64,000 nucleotides of DNA, taken from Syntrophales bacterium (GTDB taxonomy: Bacteria; Desulfobacterota; Syntrophia; Syntrophales; PHBD01). The notes below the pieces were generated by a model that was given only the letters and a program-made list of their open reading frames with translations, was not told where the DNA came from and made no database searches. The position numbers and the translations under genes were made by a program. Of this stretch, positions 20,065-29,596 are shown piece after piece. The DNA lies in NCBI GenBank assembly GCA_963668175.1, contig OY764159.1, positions 1,280,001-1,344,000 on the forward strand, read 5' to 3'. Position 1 is the stretch's first letter. Every line of letters begins with the position of its first letter.

Positions 20065-20568
20065 GTGAATATCGGCGTCATTTCCGATACGCATCTCCAA
20101 GGATGCCACGAAAAACTTGAACGAATCGCCGCCTCGATCTTTCGTGACACGGACCTGATCCTTCATGCGGGAGACCTCGTTGACATCGCCGTTCTCGACG
20201 CCTTTGCGCCAAAGGAGGTCAAGGCCGTTTTCGGCAATATGGACCCTCAGGGCGTACGGGATGTCCTGCCGGAAAAACTGGTATGGGACATCGAAGGGCG
20301 ACGTTTTGCACTCGTTCACGGGTGGGGTGACCCCGCCGGGATCGAAAAAAGGCTTATCGATTACGTCGGTCCGGTGGATTGCCTCGTTTACGGGCATACG
20401 CACAGTCCGGTGAATGAACGGTGGGACGGCACGCTCTTCTTCAACCCCGGCTCGGCGTTCGACAGGCGTTTTGCCGCCCATAACACGGTGGGCCTTCTGG
20501 ATGTCGGCGAGGAGATGACGGGCAGCATCGTTATCCTGGATGAATTTTTTGACGGGAAGGGAAAGTGA
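20065..20568 (+). CDS. YfcE/MJ0936-family metallophosphoesterase
   Basis: SDTH, HAGD, GNMD, HG, GHTH and NPGS motifs; GTG start after AGGAGG. Confidence 0.92.
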   Translation: MNIGVISDTHLQGCHEKLERIAASIFRDTDLILHAGDLVDIAVLDAFAPKEVKAVFGNMDPQGVRDVLPEKLVWDIEGRRFALVHGWGDPAGIEKRLIDYVGPVDCLVYGHTHSPVNERWDGTLFFNPGSAFDRRFAAHNTVGLLDVGEEMTGSIVILDEFFDGKGK

Positions 20569-20571
20569 AAC

Positions 20572-21066
20572 ATGGATGTCAAATTCGCCCCGTGGCGGAT
20601 CGGGTATATCAAGGGGGAGAAGAATGCAGGCGGCTGTATCTTCTGCAGGAATTCGGCGAGAGACGAGGCGCTCATTCTCTGCGAGGGACGCCTTTCCTTC
20701 GTTACAATGAATCTTTATCCATACAACAACGGTCATCTGATGGTTGTGCCGAACCGGCATGTGAGCCAGTTTGAAGACCTGACCGGGGATGAAAAAACGG
20801 AGATGTTCGGGCTCACGGACATGGCGCTCATTGCCCTGAAGCGGGTCATGAACCCGGAGGGGTTCAACATCGGGATCAACCTGGGGAAGGCCGCCGGAGC
20901 GGGAGTGGATGAACACCTCCATGTCCATATCGTTCCCCGCTGGAACGGCGATACCAACTATATGAGTACCGTCGGCGCCGTGAGGGTGATACCGGAAGAC
21001 CTCCTTGAAACCAGAAGACAACTCCTGCCCCATTTCCGGAAAGAGAATGAAGGAGATTTAGAATGA
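20572..21066 (+). CDS. HIT-family hydrolase (Ap4A phosphorylase-like)
   Basis: APWR, CIFC, NLYPYNNGH and HLHVHIVPRW motifs. Confidence 0.93.
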   Translation: MDVKFAPWRIGYIKGEKNAGGCIFCRNSARDEALILCEGRLSFVTMNLYPYNNGHLMVVPNRHVSQFEDLTGDEKTEMFGLTDMALIALKRVMNPEGFNIGINLGKAAGAGVDEHLHVHIVPRWNGDTNYMSTVGAVRVIPEDLLETRRQLLPHFRKENEGDLE

Positions 21067-21380
21067 AAATTATCTATACGATTCTTATCGTGCTGCTTAT
21101 GATGTTCATGATCACATTCTCCCAGGAGAATACGGCGGTCGTCCAACTGCAATATTATGATTTCATGAAACGGTCCCTGCCCATCTATATGTTGATCTTC
21201 CTGTCCTTTCTCGCCGGGGTCATCTTCACGGGCTTGATGGGCATCGTCGAGCGATTCAGGATGAACAGGACGATTTCCAGGCTCAATAAAGCGGTTCGCG
21301 ATTTACGAAGGCAAATCAGGGAGAACGAACCCCCTCCGCTCATCGAAGAAGACAAAAACGGCGAAAAGACGAAGAAGTGA
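21063..21380 (+). CDS. LapA/DUF1049-family small membrane protein
   Basis: Two TM segments with FSQEN linker and a coiled-coil tail. Confidence 0.75.
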   Translation: MKIIYTILIVLLMMFMITFSQENTAVVQLQYYDFMKRSLPIYMLIFLSFLAGVIFTGLMGIVERFRMNRTISRLNKAVRDLRRQIRENEPPPLIEEDKNGEKTKK

Positions 21381-21450
21381 CGGCGGGAACCGGCAGCGGC
21401 TTCCGCAATTGAAGAAGCGGATGGCGTGCTGCGGCGGTGAAGGAAATGAA

Positions 21451-21486
21451 AAAAGAGGGTCGCTGAATCATCAGCGCCCCTCTTTT
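21451..21486. terminator. Bidirectional terminator
   Basis: AAAAGAGGGTCGCTGA / TCAGCGCCCCTCTTTT between convergent genes. Confidence 0.75.
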
Positions 21487-21515
21487 GCTTTCCAAGATAT
21501 GAAAGATGATCATGC

Positions 21516-21728
21516 TTACTTGGCCGGAGCCGCATCATCCTTATTCTCTTCAGCCTTCTTTTCCTTCTTGGCCTTCTTTGCCTTCTTGGCCTTCTTTGCC
21601 TTCTTTTCCTTGGCGGGAGCCTCTTTGGCAGCGGGATCCTCGGCCTTCTTCTCCTCGGCCGCATACGTTACACCGGCTACGGACAGAGCGAACAGCATTG
21701 CAAAAATAATCGACAGAAGCTTCTTCAT
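21516..21728 (-). CDS. Small secreted Lys/Ala-rich protein
   Basis: AAGGAGG RBS, signal peptide ending TYA, (KKA)n repeats encoded by 9-nt tandem units. Confidence 0.8.
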   Translation of the reverse strand: MKKLLSIIFAMLFALSVAGVTYAAEEKKAEDPAAKEAPAKEKKAKKAKKAKKAKKEKKAEENKDDAAPAK

Positions 21729-21768
21729 TGTGTTTCACCTCCTTTCTTCGGTCGTTGCGCATAGTATG

Positions 21769-21785
21769 TACAAGAAGCATGCCAA
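21769..21785 (-). promoter_or_regulatory. Putative sigma-54 promoter
   Basis: TTGGCATGCTTCTTGTA: GG-N10 spacing correct, but GT instead of GC at -12. Confidence 0.45.
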
Positions 21786-22035
21786 TATCGACAGTTCAGG
21801 AATTGACCAGTCATGTGATTGGGTTGCCTGTTATTCATTCAGGAACATTCCTTCTTTCGCAGTCGCAAATTGAGGAATTGTGCCCCGCCGGCAGGGGAGA
21901 AACTCCCCGGTCCGCAGGTGGGGCGGGTTTACAGGTGTCGCGCTCCCCGGGGGATGGCCCACCGTACTTTTTTCGTAGACAATCAACGGTCTTTATGACA
22001 GGATTTGGCATTAAATTCATCCGGGGAGGTCTGCT

Positions 22036-22686
22036 ATGAGAAAGGTGTGGGTGTTTGTTCTCGCGATGGCTTTGGCACTCTTTATATCGGGCTGCGGCAA
22101 GGATAACGGTAAGGCCGTTCAGGGCGAAAAGGCTAAAGAAGAGAAGGCCGCGGTCAAGATGCCCCAGGAGATGTCCGCAACGGTCGTGAATGTTTCCGGC
22201 GGAAAGACCATGACATCGAAATTCTATATGAAAGACGGCAAGGTTCGGATGGAGATGGAGGCTGCAGGCGGGATGTATACGATCGTCCGGAAAGACCTAA
22301 AGAAAGTATGGATGGTCATGCCGCAGGCCAAGTCCTATATGGAGATTGAAGAGGGTAAGGAGCAGCAGAAGCTTCCTGAGGAGAAGATGAAGGGGGAAGT
22401 GAGCAGGAAAGAAGTCGGTAAAGAGGTCATCGATGGTCATCCGACCACCAAGTATGAAATAACGACCAAGGTGGAAGAAAAGACCATGACATTCTTCCAG
22501 TGGCTGGCGACGGACATCAATTTCCCGGTTAAAACCGCCGCGACGGACGGCAGCTGGACTATGGAATACAGGGATATAAAGATCGGCGGCCAGCCCGACA
22601 GCCTGTTTGAATTACCTGAAGGGTACAAGAAAACGGCTATACCCTCCGCTGCGGGAAACATGAAGATTCCGGTCCCCGCCAAATGA
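22036..22686 (+). CDS. DUF4412-like lipoprotein
   Basis: Lipobox ISGC; KVRME, GKEVIDGHPTTKY and SLFELPEGY motifs. Confidence 0.8.
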   Translation: MRKVWVFVLAMALALFISGCGKDNGKAVQGEKAKEEKAAVKMPQEMSATVVNVSGGKTMTSKFYMKDGKVRMEMEAAGGMYTIVRKDLKKVWMVMPQAKSYMEIEEGKEQQKLPEEKMKGEVSRKEVGKEVIDGHPTTKYEITTKVEEKTMTFFQWLATDINFPVKTAATDGSWTMEYRDIKIGGQPDSLFELPEGYKKTAIPSAAGNMKIPVPAK

Positions 22687-22736
22687 GGGAAACAACAAGG
22701 GCGGTTAGCGGGCATAGAAAATCGGATTAAAGAAGG

Positions 22737-24023
22737 ATGGCTCATCGCACCGTTCGTTCCGGTTACATGTCCCTGGCGGAACGATTGAACAGATTTCCCC
22801 AGGGCGCGCCCCCTTCGGAGCTTTGGTACAGCATACTCAAGATGCTGTTCTCTGAGGAAGAGGCCGGCCTGGTCGCTAGATTGCCGATCAGGCCGTTTAC
22901 CGCCGCCAAAGCGGCCGGCATCTGGAAAACGACGGAGGGGAAGGCCAGGGCCGTTCTCGACAGGCTGGCCGACCGGGCCGTTTTGCTCGACTGCGAGAAC
23001 GAAGATGGTGTGCCGGAATACGTGCTCCCTCCACCCATGGCGGGATTCCTCGAATTCTCCCTGATGCGCGTCCGGGGCGATGTCGACCAGAAGGTGTTGA
23101 GCGAGCTTCTTTATCAATACCTGAACGTGGAAGACGATTTCATCAAGGCCCTCTTCACACAGGGTGAAACGCAGCTGGGAAGGGTATTCGTCAACGAAGA
23201 CGCCCTGGAGCCGGAAACAGCCCTCCATGTACTGGATTACGATCGGGCAAGCGCCGTCATCCGGTCTGCGAAGCATATAGGCATCGGCCTCTGCTACTGC
23301 CGTCACAAGATGTCCCATGTAGGCAGGGCATGCGACAGGCCTCTTGATATCTGTATGACTTTCGGCACGACGGCGAGCTCCCTGGTCAGTCACGGATTCG
23401 CGCGTGCGGCGGATGCCGCCGAAACGATCGACCTGCTCGATAAGGCGCGGGAGTTCCATCTCGTTCAATTCGGTGAGAATGTCCGGCAGGATGTCGCCTT
23501 TATATGCAATTGCTGCGGTTGCTGCTGCGAGGCGATGATCGCCGCCCGCCGATTCGGATTCATGCATCCGGTCCATACGACGGGCTTTCTGCCCCGGATA
23601 AAAGACGACCTTTGTACGGGCTGCGGAAAATGTGTCAAGGCCTGTCCGGTCGGGGCCATGGTCCTGGATCAGCGGGATTCGGAACGGCAGCCGGCATTTC
23701 GAAAAGCAAGGCTTGCGGCAGACGCCTGCCTCGGCTGCGGGGTTTGCGTTCGTGTCTGTCCCAAGGGTGCCGTCCATTTGTCGGCCCGTCCGGAGCGGAT
23801 TTTCACGCCGGTCAATTCGGTTCACCGCATCGTGATGATGGCCGTGGAGAGGGGCAAACTGCAAAATCTGATATTCGACAACAGGGCCATGTGGTCGCAC
23901 CGGATGATGGCCGCCGTTATGGCAGCCATCCTGAAACTGCCGCCGGTTCAACTGCTCATGGCCAAGCGCCAGTTGAAATCGCGGTACCTGGAGACGCTGG
24001 TCCTGTCCTGGTCGAAGCGTTAA
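22737..24023 (+). CDS. 4Fe-4S dicluster domain iron-sulfur protein
   Basis: CYCRH, ICNCCGCCC, CTGCGKCVKACP and CLGCGVCVRVCP motifs. Confidence 0.88.
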   Translation: MAHRTVRSGYMSLAERLNRFPQGAPPSELWYSILKMLFSEEEAGLVARLPIRPFTAAKAAGIWKTTEGKARAVLDRLADRAVLLDCENEDGVPEYVLPPPMAGFLEFSLMRVRGDVDQKVLSELLYQYLNVEDDFIKALFTQGETQLGRVFVNEDALEPETALHVLDYDRASAVIRSAKHIGIGLCYCRHKMSHVGRACDRPLDICMTFGTTASSLVSHGFARAADAAETIDLLDKAREFHLVQFGENVRQDVAFICNCCGCCCEAMIAARRFGFMHPVHTTGFLPRIKDDLCTGCGKCVKACPVGAMVLDQRDSERQPAFRKARLAADACLGCGVCVRVCPKGAVHLSARPERIFTPVNSVHRIVMMAVERGKLQNLIFDNRAMWSHRMMAAVMAAILKLPPVQLLMAKRQLKSRYLETLVLSWSKR

Positions 24024-24037
24024 ACAAGGAGGGGGAC

Positions 24038-24247
24038 GTGCAAGTAACGGATGGCAAGGAATTGTGCCAGATATGCGGGACGAGGGCCTCGGTCGTCTTC
24101 TGCGACGGCTGTTCGAAGCCGCTCTGCGAGGAATGCCGGAAATTCGATCTCTGGGGTTACGGCTGCGGCCATGTCGATCCCAAGGCCTTCTGTCGGACCT
24201 GCTTCGACGACGTCCGGGTTAATCCTTACAGCGGCAAGGTCGATTAA
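24038..24247 (+). CDS. Small Cys-rich putative zinc-finger protein (B-box-like)
   Basis: AAGGAGG RBS and GTG start; CQIC, CDGC, CEEC, CGH and CRTC in 69 aa. Confidence 0.75.
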   Translation: MQVTDGKELCQICGTRASVVFCDGCSKPLCEECRKFDLWGYGCGHVDPKAFCRTCFDDVRVNPYSGKVD

Positions 24248-24325
24248 CCGGCATGACAGGCCTTTGTACCGAACCCTGCCGCGGTTATCCCCCGGTTTTC
24301 AGAGTTCCTATCGACACGGCATATC

Positions 24326-25858
24326 ATGGGCAATGACAACCCTCCGGCCGACAAGGCCAAATCCGTATATCGGCGGATCCATCTTCGTCTGGCTTCGGCC
24401 TGGGACGTACTATGGGACACCGTCATCAATTACCAGAACAACGGCGACGTTAACCAGGCGGCAGCCATCGCCCTCTATGCCATCCTGTCCTTCATTCCCC
24501 TCTTCATCCTGACGTTTATCATGGTCGGCGAGTTCTTCGGCTCGAACCCGGCCATCCGGCAGGACCTGATCGACGGCATCCGCCGGTTCCACCCTTACTT
24601 TACCGGCGATATGCTCCGCCAGTTGGGCGAGATAGAGCATAAGAAGCAGCTCCTGGGGTGGGTGGGTATCATCAGCCTGATCTGGTTTTCGTCCCTGATC
24701 TTCGGGGCGATGGAAACGGCCTTCAACCTGATTTTCCGGTCCAAGACGATCCGGAATTATTTCTTCTCCAAACTGCTCGGCATAGCCATGATCCCGCTCG
24801 GCTGGGCCGTGGCGATGACCAGCATGGCCATTACCACCGTGGCGACGGTGATCATGCATCAGCCACTCATGGCCGAAGGGCTGTCCCTTCTGCCCTTCGT
24901 CAGGAGCTTCTTTTTCCGGACGGCCCTTCCCTATCTGGTCACAGTGGCTTTTTTCACCCTGGTCTACAAGATCATCCCCCCGGTGAAGGTGAGGATCGGC
25001 GCCGCCCTGGCGGGCTCAGCCGTTTTTGCCGCCCTCCTGGAGGCGGCCAAGCATTTCTTTGCCTGGTACCTGTCCAACTACACCCGGTATAACGTCATAT
25101 TCGGCGATCTTGAGGCCATTATCATCGTCCTTATCTGGATCTTCTATGTGGCTCTCATCTTTCTTTTCTGCGCCGAGCTGATCGCCTCCTATCAGCGACG
25201 GGACCTGCTTCTTCTGGAAAAGGCCTTTCTCAACCCGGGAAAAGCACGGGCCAGGCTCGACGATCGACTCTTCCGCCGGTTCGGCCGGATGTATCCGGCC
25301 GGGACCGTCCTGTTTGCGGAAGGCGACAGGGGCCGGAATCTCTATTATATTATCATGGGGCGCGTCCGGATGGAGAAGACCATGAACCAGGTGAAAAAAG
25401 TACTCGCCGAGCTCGGTCCCGGGGAATACTTCGGGGAGATGGCCGCCCTGAACGGCGCCCCGCGCTCGGCCGCGGCCCATGCCGTGGAAGACAGCGATAT
25501 CGCCGTGATTGATGAAGACACCTTTCACAGGCTCTTACGGGAAAGCGAGGGCGTCTCGCTTTATATGCTCAAGGAGTTCGCCAGCCGCATCAAGAACACC
25601 GACGAGGCCCTGAACGATCTGTCCCATTCCTGGATGAAGCTTGTGGTTATTCTGTATACTTTGATAAAATGGTCCTCGGCCGCCGCCTGCGACCCGTTGC
25701 AGGAACTGGCCGTATGTACAGGAAAGGAAGTGAATGAGATCCATCAAGTCTTGCTCGAATTAAATGCCGAGGGGATATTGACCTTCGAAAACGGTTATGT
25801 TACTGAATTCGCCAAGGAAAAGGCGTTGGAGCTCGTAAGCGGACAGAACTTCCTGTAA
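24326..25858 (+). CDS. YihY/BrkB membrane protein fused to a cyclic-nucleotide-binding domain
   Basis: AAAIALYAILSFIP and YNVIFG YihY motifs; LFAEGD, GEYFGEMAALNGAPRSA cNMP motif. Confidence 0.85.
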   Translation: MGNDNPPADKAKSVYRRIHLRLASAWDVLWDTVINYQNNGDVNQAAAIALYAILSFIPLFILTFIMVGEFFGSNPAIRQDLIDGIRRFHPYFTGDMLRQLGEIEHKKQLLGWVGIISLIWFSSLIFGAMETAFNLIFRSKTIRNYFFSKLLGIAMIPLGWAVAMTSMAITTVATVIMHQPLMAEGLSLLPFVRSFFFRTALPYLVTVAFFTLVYKIIPPVKVRIGAALAGSAVFAALLEAAKHFFAWYLSNYTRYNVIFGDLEAIIIVLIWIFYVALIFLFCAELIASYQRRDLLLLEKAFLNPGKARARLDDRLFRRFGRMYPAGTVLFAEGDRGRNLYYIIMGRVRMEKTMNQVKKVLAELGPGEYFGEMAALNGAPRSAAAHAVEDSDIAVIDEDTFHRLLRESEGVSLYMLKEFASRIKNTDEALNDLSHSWMKLVVILYTLIKWSSAAACDPLQELAVCTGKEVNEIHQVLLELNAEGILTFENGYVTEFAKEKALELVSGQNFL

Positions 25859-25872
25859 GGAGCTGGCTTAAG

Positions 25873-26733
25873 ATGGAACCGGGACCGGGAAAGGGGGAGT
25901 CCGTACCGGAAGGGAAATTCATCACGGTACGGGGGATGCGTTTTCACTATCTGGAGTGGGAGGGCGGCCGCAAGCGGACCATGGTTCTCCTGCACGGCAT
26001 CGGCGATAACGCCCATATCTGGGATGACTTTGCCCGTGAAGCCTCCGGGTTCTTCCGCATCGTTGCGATGGATCAGCGGGGGCACGGCTTGAGCAGCCGT
26101 GCCGTACCGCCGGCATACCGCCTGGAGGACTATTGCGCCGATCTTGAAGGCATGACCGAAGCCCTGGGTATAAACGGTGCAATCCTCATGGGGCATTCGA
26201 TGGGGGCGCTGCACGCCACGGCTTACGCAGCGTCGAAGCCGGACCGGGTGAGGGCCTTGATCCATGTGGATATCGAACCCTGTCCGCCCGGCTGGAACAA
26301 GAAATATCTGCTGAACCTCTACCGCGATCTGCCGGAATCTTACACGGCCGTTGAGGAATATATCGCCGAGCAGTGCCGGAACAGCCCTTTCGCCGATGCC
26401 GGGAGGCTCCTTCCCCAGGCCGCCTTCGCCCTGTCGCGGCAGGATGACGGGACGTATCGCCGGACGTACGACCGGGAAGTGCTGCGCCATTTCGACGCCT
26501 ACGACCTCCGTTCGGTCCTTGCCGCTGTCGACTGCCCGACGCTGGTCGTGCGGGGCCAGGAGAGTCCGGTGATGAACAGGGAAGTGGCGGAAGAGATGAG
26601 CCGGGCGATATCGGGGGGCAGGCTGGCCGAGATTCCGGAGGCGGCCCATCCGGTCATGACCGACAATCCCGCCGCTTTCCAGACGGCTGTCCTCCGGTTT
26701 CTGGAGGAGGCAGGGCTGCTCGACCGGGCCTGA
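25873..26733 (+). CDS. Alpha/beta hydrolase
   Basis: LLHG, DQRGHG, GHSMG nucleophile elbow and C-terminal His. Confidence 0.9.
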   Translation: MEPGPGKGESVPEGKFITVRGMRFHYLEWEGGRKRTMVLLHGIGDNAHIWDDFAREASGFFRIVAMDQRGHGLSSRAVPPAYRLEDYCADLEGMTEALGINGAILMGHSMGALHATAYAASKPDRVRALIHVDIEPCPPGWNKKYLLNLYRDLPESYTAVEEYIAEQCRNSPFADAGRLLPQAAFALSRQDDGTYRRTYDREVLRHFDAYDLRSVLAAVDCPTLVVRGQESPVMNREVAEEMSRAISGGRLAEIPEAAHPVMTDNPAAFQTAVLRFLEEAGLLDRA

Positions 26734-26780
26734 GAAATCTATGGAGAGAGCGGGGCTCTGATGCGAAGGGAGTCGACGAT

Positions 26781-27245
26781 TTGAGCTGGATCAGAAGGCA
26801 GTTTGCCGCCTACCGCCGCCAGGCTGCGATCGTTCTGCTTGCGGGGATCGCCCTTTACGCCGATCTCAATCTCGCGGCCGAAATGATCAAAGGGTATCGG
26901 AATACACGCAAGAGTGACGTCGTGACGGCCTGCGAGACACGAATGCTGCCGCTCAAGGACGCCCTTGCCGGAACACGGGAGGTCGGATACATCACGACCG
27001 TCGATAGCGACAAGATATTCAGCCGGGAAAAGACGTTCGAAGACGTGGAGGTTCTGGCCCATTACATCCTGACCCAATATATCCTGGCCCCCGTTGTTGT
27101 CCGGAACAGCCCCGATTATCCTCTGGTTGTCGGCAATTTCACCGAAGGAAAGCCCGACCCGGCTGTCATCCGGGAGAAGCGCCTTATCCCGGTCAGGGAT
27201 TACGGCGACGGCCTGGTCCTTTACAGGAAGGAGACGCCGAGATAA
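26781..27245 (+). CDS. Hypothetical membrane-anchored protein
   Basis: N-terminal hydrophobic segment; stop overlaps next start (TAATG); start uncertain. Confidence 0.6.
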   Translation: MSWIRRQFAAYRRQAAIVLLAGIALYADLNLAAEMIKGYRNTRKSDVVTACETRMLPLKDALAGTREVGYITTVDSDKIFSREKTFEDVEVLAHYILTQYILAPVVVRNSPDYPLVVGNFTEGKPDPAVIREKRLIPVRDYGDGLVLYRKETPR

Positions 27246-28786
27246 TGTTCCTTCTCCTTGTGTCCTTCTTCATCGCCATCGCCATCGGGACCCTGATTAC
27301 GCTGACTTTTCTTCCGGCGAAGGAACGGAGCATGAGGGGCCTCGTCTTCGGATTGTGCGCCGGCAGCGGCCTCGGCCTCGGTGTAACGTCGTGCCTCTAT
27401 TTCGTCGTGCTCCTTGTGGGCCAGAGGCGTTATTTCGTCCTGATCGAGATCATGGCCGCGGCCCTTCTGGTCCTGTTATGGCCGGCCCTGATCCGCAAGA
27501 AGATCCGTCCCGCCGCCTCGCCGGACGGTCCGCGCCAGGGAGCCGGCCGGGACATGCATAAGATCCTTTACGGGGTCTTCGGCGTCGCCGTCGTATCTTC
27601 TCTGATTTCGCTCGTCCTCTCTTTCCTGAAGGACCCTCACGGAAAGTGGGATGCCTGGCTGATCTGGAATACCCATGCCAGATTCATCTTCCGCGGCGGC
27701 GAAGCGTGGAGGGACCTCTTTACAAGCGGGCTCGACTGGACGCATCTGGACTATCCCCTGATGCTCCCCTTGTCCGTCGTCCGGGCCTGGCAATATGCCG
27801 GTTACGAGAGTTTATACGCCCCCATGGCCGTTTCTCTGGTTTTCGTCTGCGCCACCGTGGGGCTTCTCTATGCCTCCCTGGCCGTTCTGCGCAGCACCGG
27901 GCAGGGGCTCCTCGGCGGGCTTGCACTCATGGGCGGTCCTTTCTTTCTCATCCTCGGCGCCTATCAGGTAGCCGACATCCCTCTGGCCTTCTTCATCCTG
28001 ACGACGCTTGTCGTCTTTATCATTTACGACCGTTTTTCCGAACAAAACGGCCGGACCCTCGTTCTCGCCGGATTGGCCGCGGGGCTCGCGGCCTGGACCA
28101 AGAACGAAGGCCTGCTCTTTCTGCTGGTTGCGCCGGCGGTCCGCTTTGCCGTCGTTGCCCGTGCGCGAAATGCGGCTTCCGCGGGAAAGGAGATCCCCTG
28201 GTTTTTGGCCGGAGCGGTCCCCGTCGCGATCGTCCTTGCGATCTTCAAGATCGCGCTTGCTCCATCAAACGATATCTTTGCCGGACAATCCCTTCAGGAC
28301 ATGGCGAGCCGTCTTGCGGACCCGTCTCGCTATTTTGAAATTCTCAAGGCCTGGTTCCTGACCGGCTTCACCTTTACCCAGGGCATCCTGAACATCCAGA
28401 CGGGCCTGCGTTTCAATCCCGGCGCGGTAGGGCTCTTGCTGCTCACGGTCTACATGATATTTATGGGCGTTCATGTCAGGGCACAGGACCGCCCGGGCGT
28501 GTATACGGCGGCGGTAGCCCTTCTCGCCACGGCCGGCGGTTTTTTTGCGGTCTATCTCATTACGCCGCAGAACCTCCACTGGCATCTGACAACATCCCTG
28601 AACCGTCTGCTCATGCAGCTATGGCCGGGTTTCCTCTTCTGGTTCTTCATGGCGGCGAGGACACCTGAAGAAAAGGACGTCGGCCGGGTATTCTCGGCGG
28701 CGAAGACGGAGACGGGAGCGGCCGCGAGCCGTGGCAGAAAGAGAAAGGCCGCGAAACAAAAAGGGTCCAAGGAGACGGGTTTGTGA
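27245..28786 (+). CDS. Polytopic GT-C fold (PMT/ArnT-like) glycosyltransferase
   Basis: Many TM helices; WDAWLIW, HLDYP, ADIPLA and WTKNEG motifs. Confidence 0.75.
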   Translation: MFLLLVSFFIAIAIGTLITLTFLPAKERSMRGLVFGLCAGSGLGLGVTSCLYFVVLLVGQRRYFVLIEIMAAALLVLLWPALIRKKIRPAASPDGPRQGAGRDMHKILYGVFGVAVVSSLISLVLSFLKDPHGKWDAWLIWNTHARFIFRGGEAWRDLFTSGLDWTHLDYPLMLPLSVVRAWQYAGYESLYAPMAVSLVFVCATVGLLYASLAVLRSTGQGLLGGLALMGGPFFLILGAYQVADIPLAFFILTTLVVFIIYDRFSEQNGRTLVLAGLAAGLAAWTKNEGLLFLLVAPAVRFAVVARARNAASAGKEIPWFLAGAVPVAIVLAIFKIALAPSNDIFAGQSLQDMASRLADPSRYFEILKAWFLTGFTFTQGILNIQTGLRFNPGAVGLLLLTVYMIFMGVHVRAQDRPGVYTAAVALLATAGGFFAVYLITPQNLHWHLTTSLNRLLMQLWPGFLFWFFMAARTPEEKDVGRVFSAAKTETGAAASRGRKRKAAKQKGSKETGL

Positions 28787-28847
28787 GTGGTGTGACTCCC
28801 CATAAGTCCCGGCGGATGCCACCGGGGAAAGCGAGCAATGAAATCCT

Positions 28848-29537
28848 ATGAAACTGTCCATTATCATCCCCTGTTATAATGAACGAAATACCATCCGCGA
28901 CATCGTCCTGGCGGTCATCGGATCGCCCATCGCCGACAAGGAGATTATCGTCGTCGACGACTGCTCCACCGACGGGACTATCGATATCTTGAAGTCGGAA
29001 CTGGCGGCTCTCATCGACAAGACGGTTTTTCAAGAACCTAACCAAGGCAAGGGGGCGGCCATCCGGGCCGGCATCAGGGAGGCCACCGGAGACGTCGTCA
29101 TCATCCAGGATGCCGATCTGGAGTACGACCCCAACGAATATCCGGTGATCCTGGAGCCGATTCTCTCGGGCAAGGCGGATGTCGTCTTCGGTTCGCGGTT
29201 CATGGGCGGGCAGCCGCACCGGGTGCTCTATTACTGGCATTACGTCGGCAACACCCTGCTTACGCTTTTGTCCAATATGATGACCAACCTCAACCTGACA
29301 GACATGGAGACCTGCTATAAGGCTTTCCGGCGGGAAGTCATCCAGGGCATCGAGATCGAGGAGTCGCGCTTCGGTTTCGAACCGGAAATAACCGCCAAGG
29401 TTGCCAAGATGAATGTGCGCATCTACGAGGTAGGCATCTCCTATTACGGGCGCTCCTATGCCGAGGGCAAAAAAATCGGCTGGAAAGACGGCCTCCGGGC
29501 GTTTTACTGCATCGTCAAATACAATCTGTTCCGCTGA
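28848..29537 (+). CDS. GT2 polyprenol-phosphate glycosyltransferase (DPM1-like)
   Basis: IIPCYNE, VDDCSTD, NQGKG, QDADLEY, GSRF and DMETCYK motifs. Confidence 0.93.
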   Translation: MKLSIIIPCYNERNTIRDIVLAVIGSPIADKEIIVVDDCSTDGTIDILKSELAALIDKTVFQEPNQGKGAAIRAGIREATGDVVIIQDADLEYDPNEYPVILEPILSGKADVVFGSRFMGGQPHRVLYYWHYVGNTLLTLLSNMMTNLNLTDMETCYKAFRREVIQGIEIEESRFGFEPEITAKVAKMNVRIYEVGISYYGRSYAEGKKIGWKDGLRAFYCIVKYNLFR

Positions 29538-29596
29538 CCCGGAACAGCCCTCTGCTGAATTTGCGTTGCGCTTTTCCTGCTGCCGGCGGTTTTAAA

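Noticed and set aside
21882..21963. Hairpin GGGGAG-AAA-CTCCCC inside a GC stem as a cyclic dinucleotide riboswitch
   Set aside because: The conserved GCAAA and GACGCAAAG cores are missing; only generic hairpins remain.
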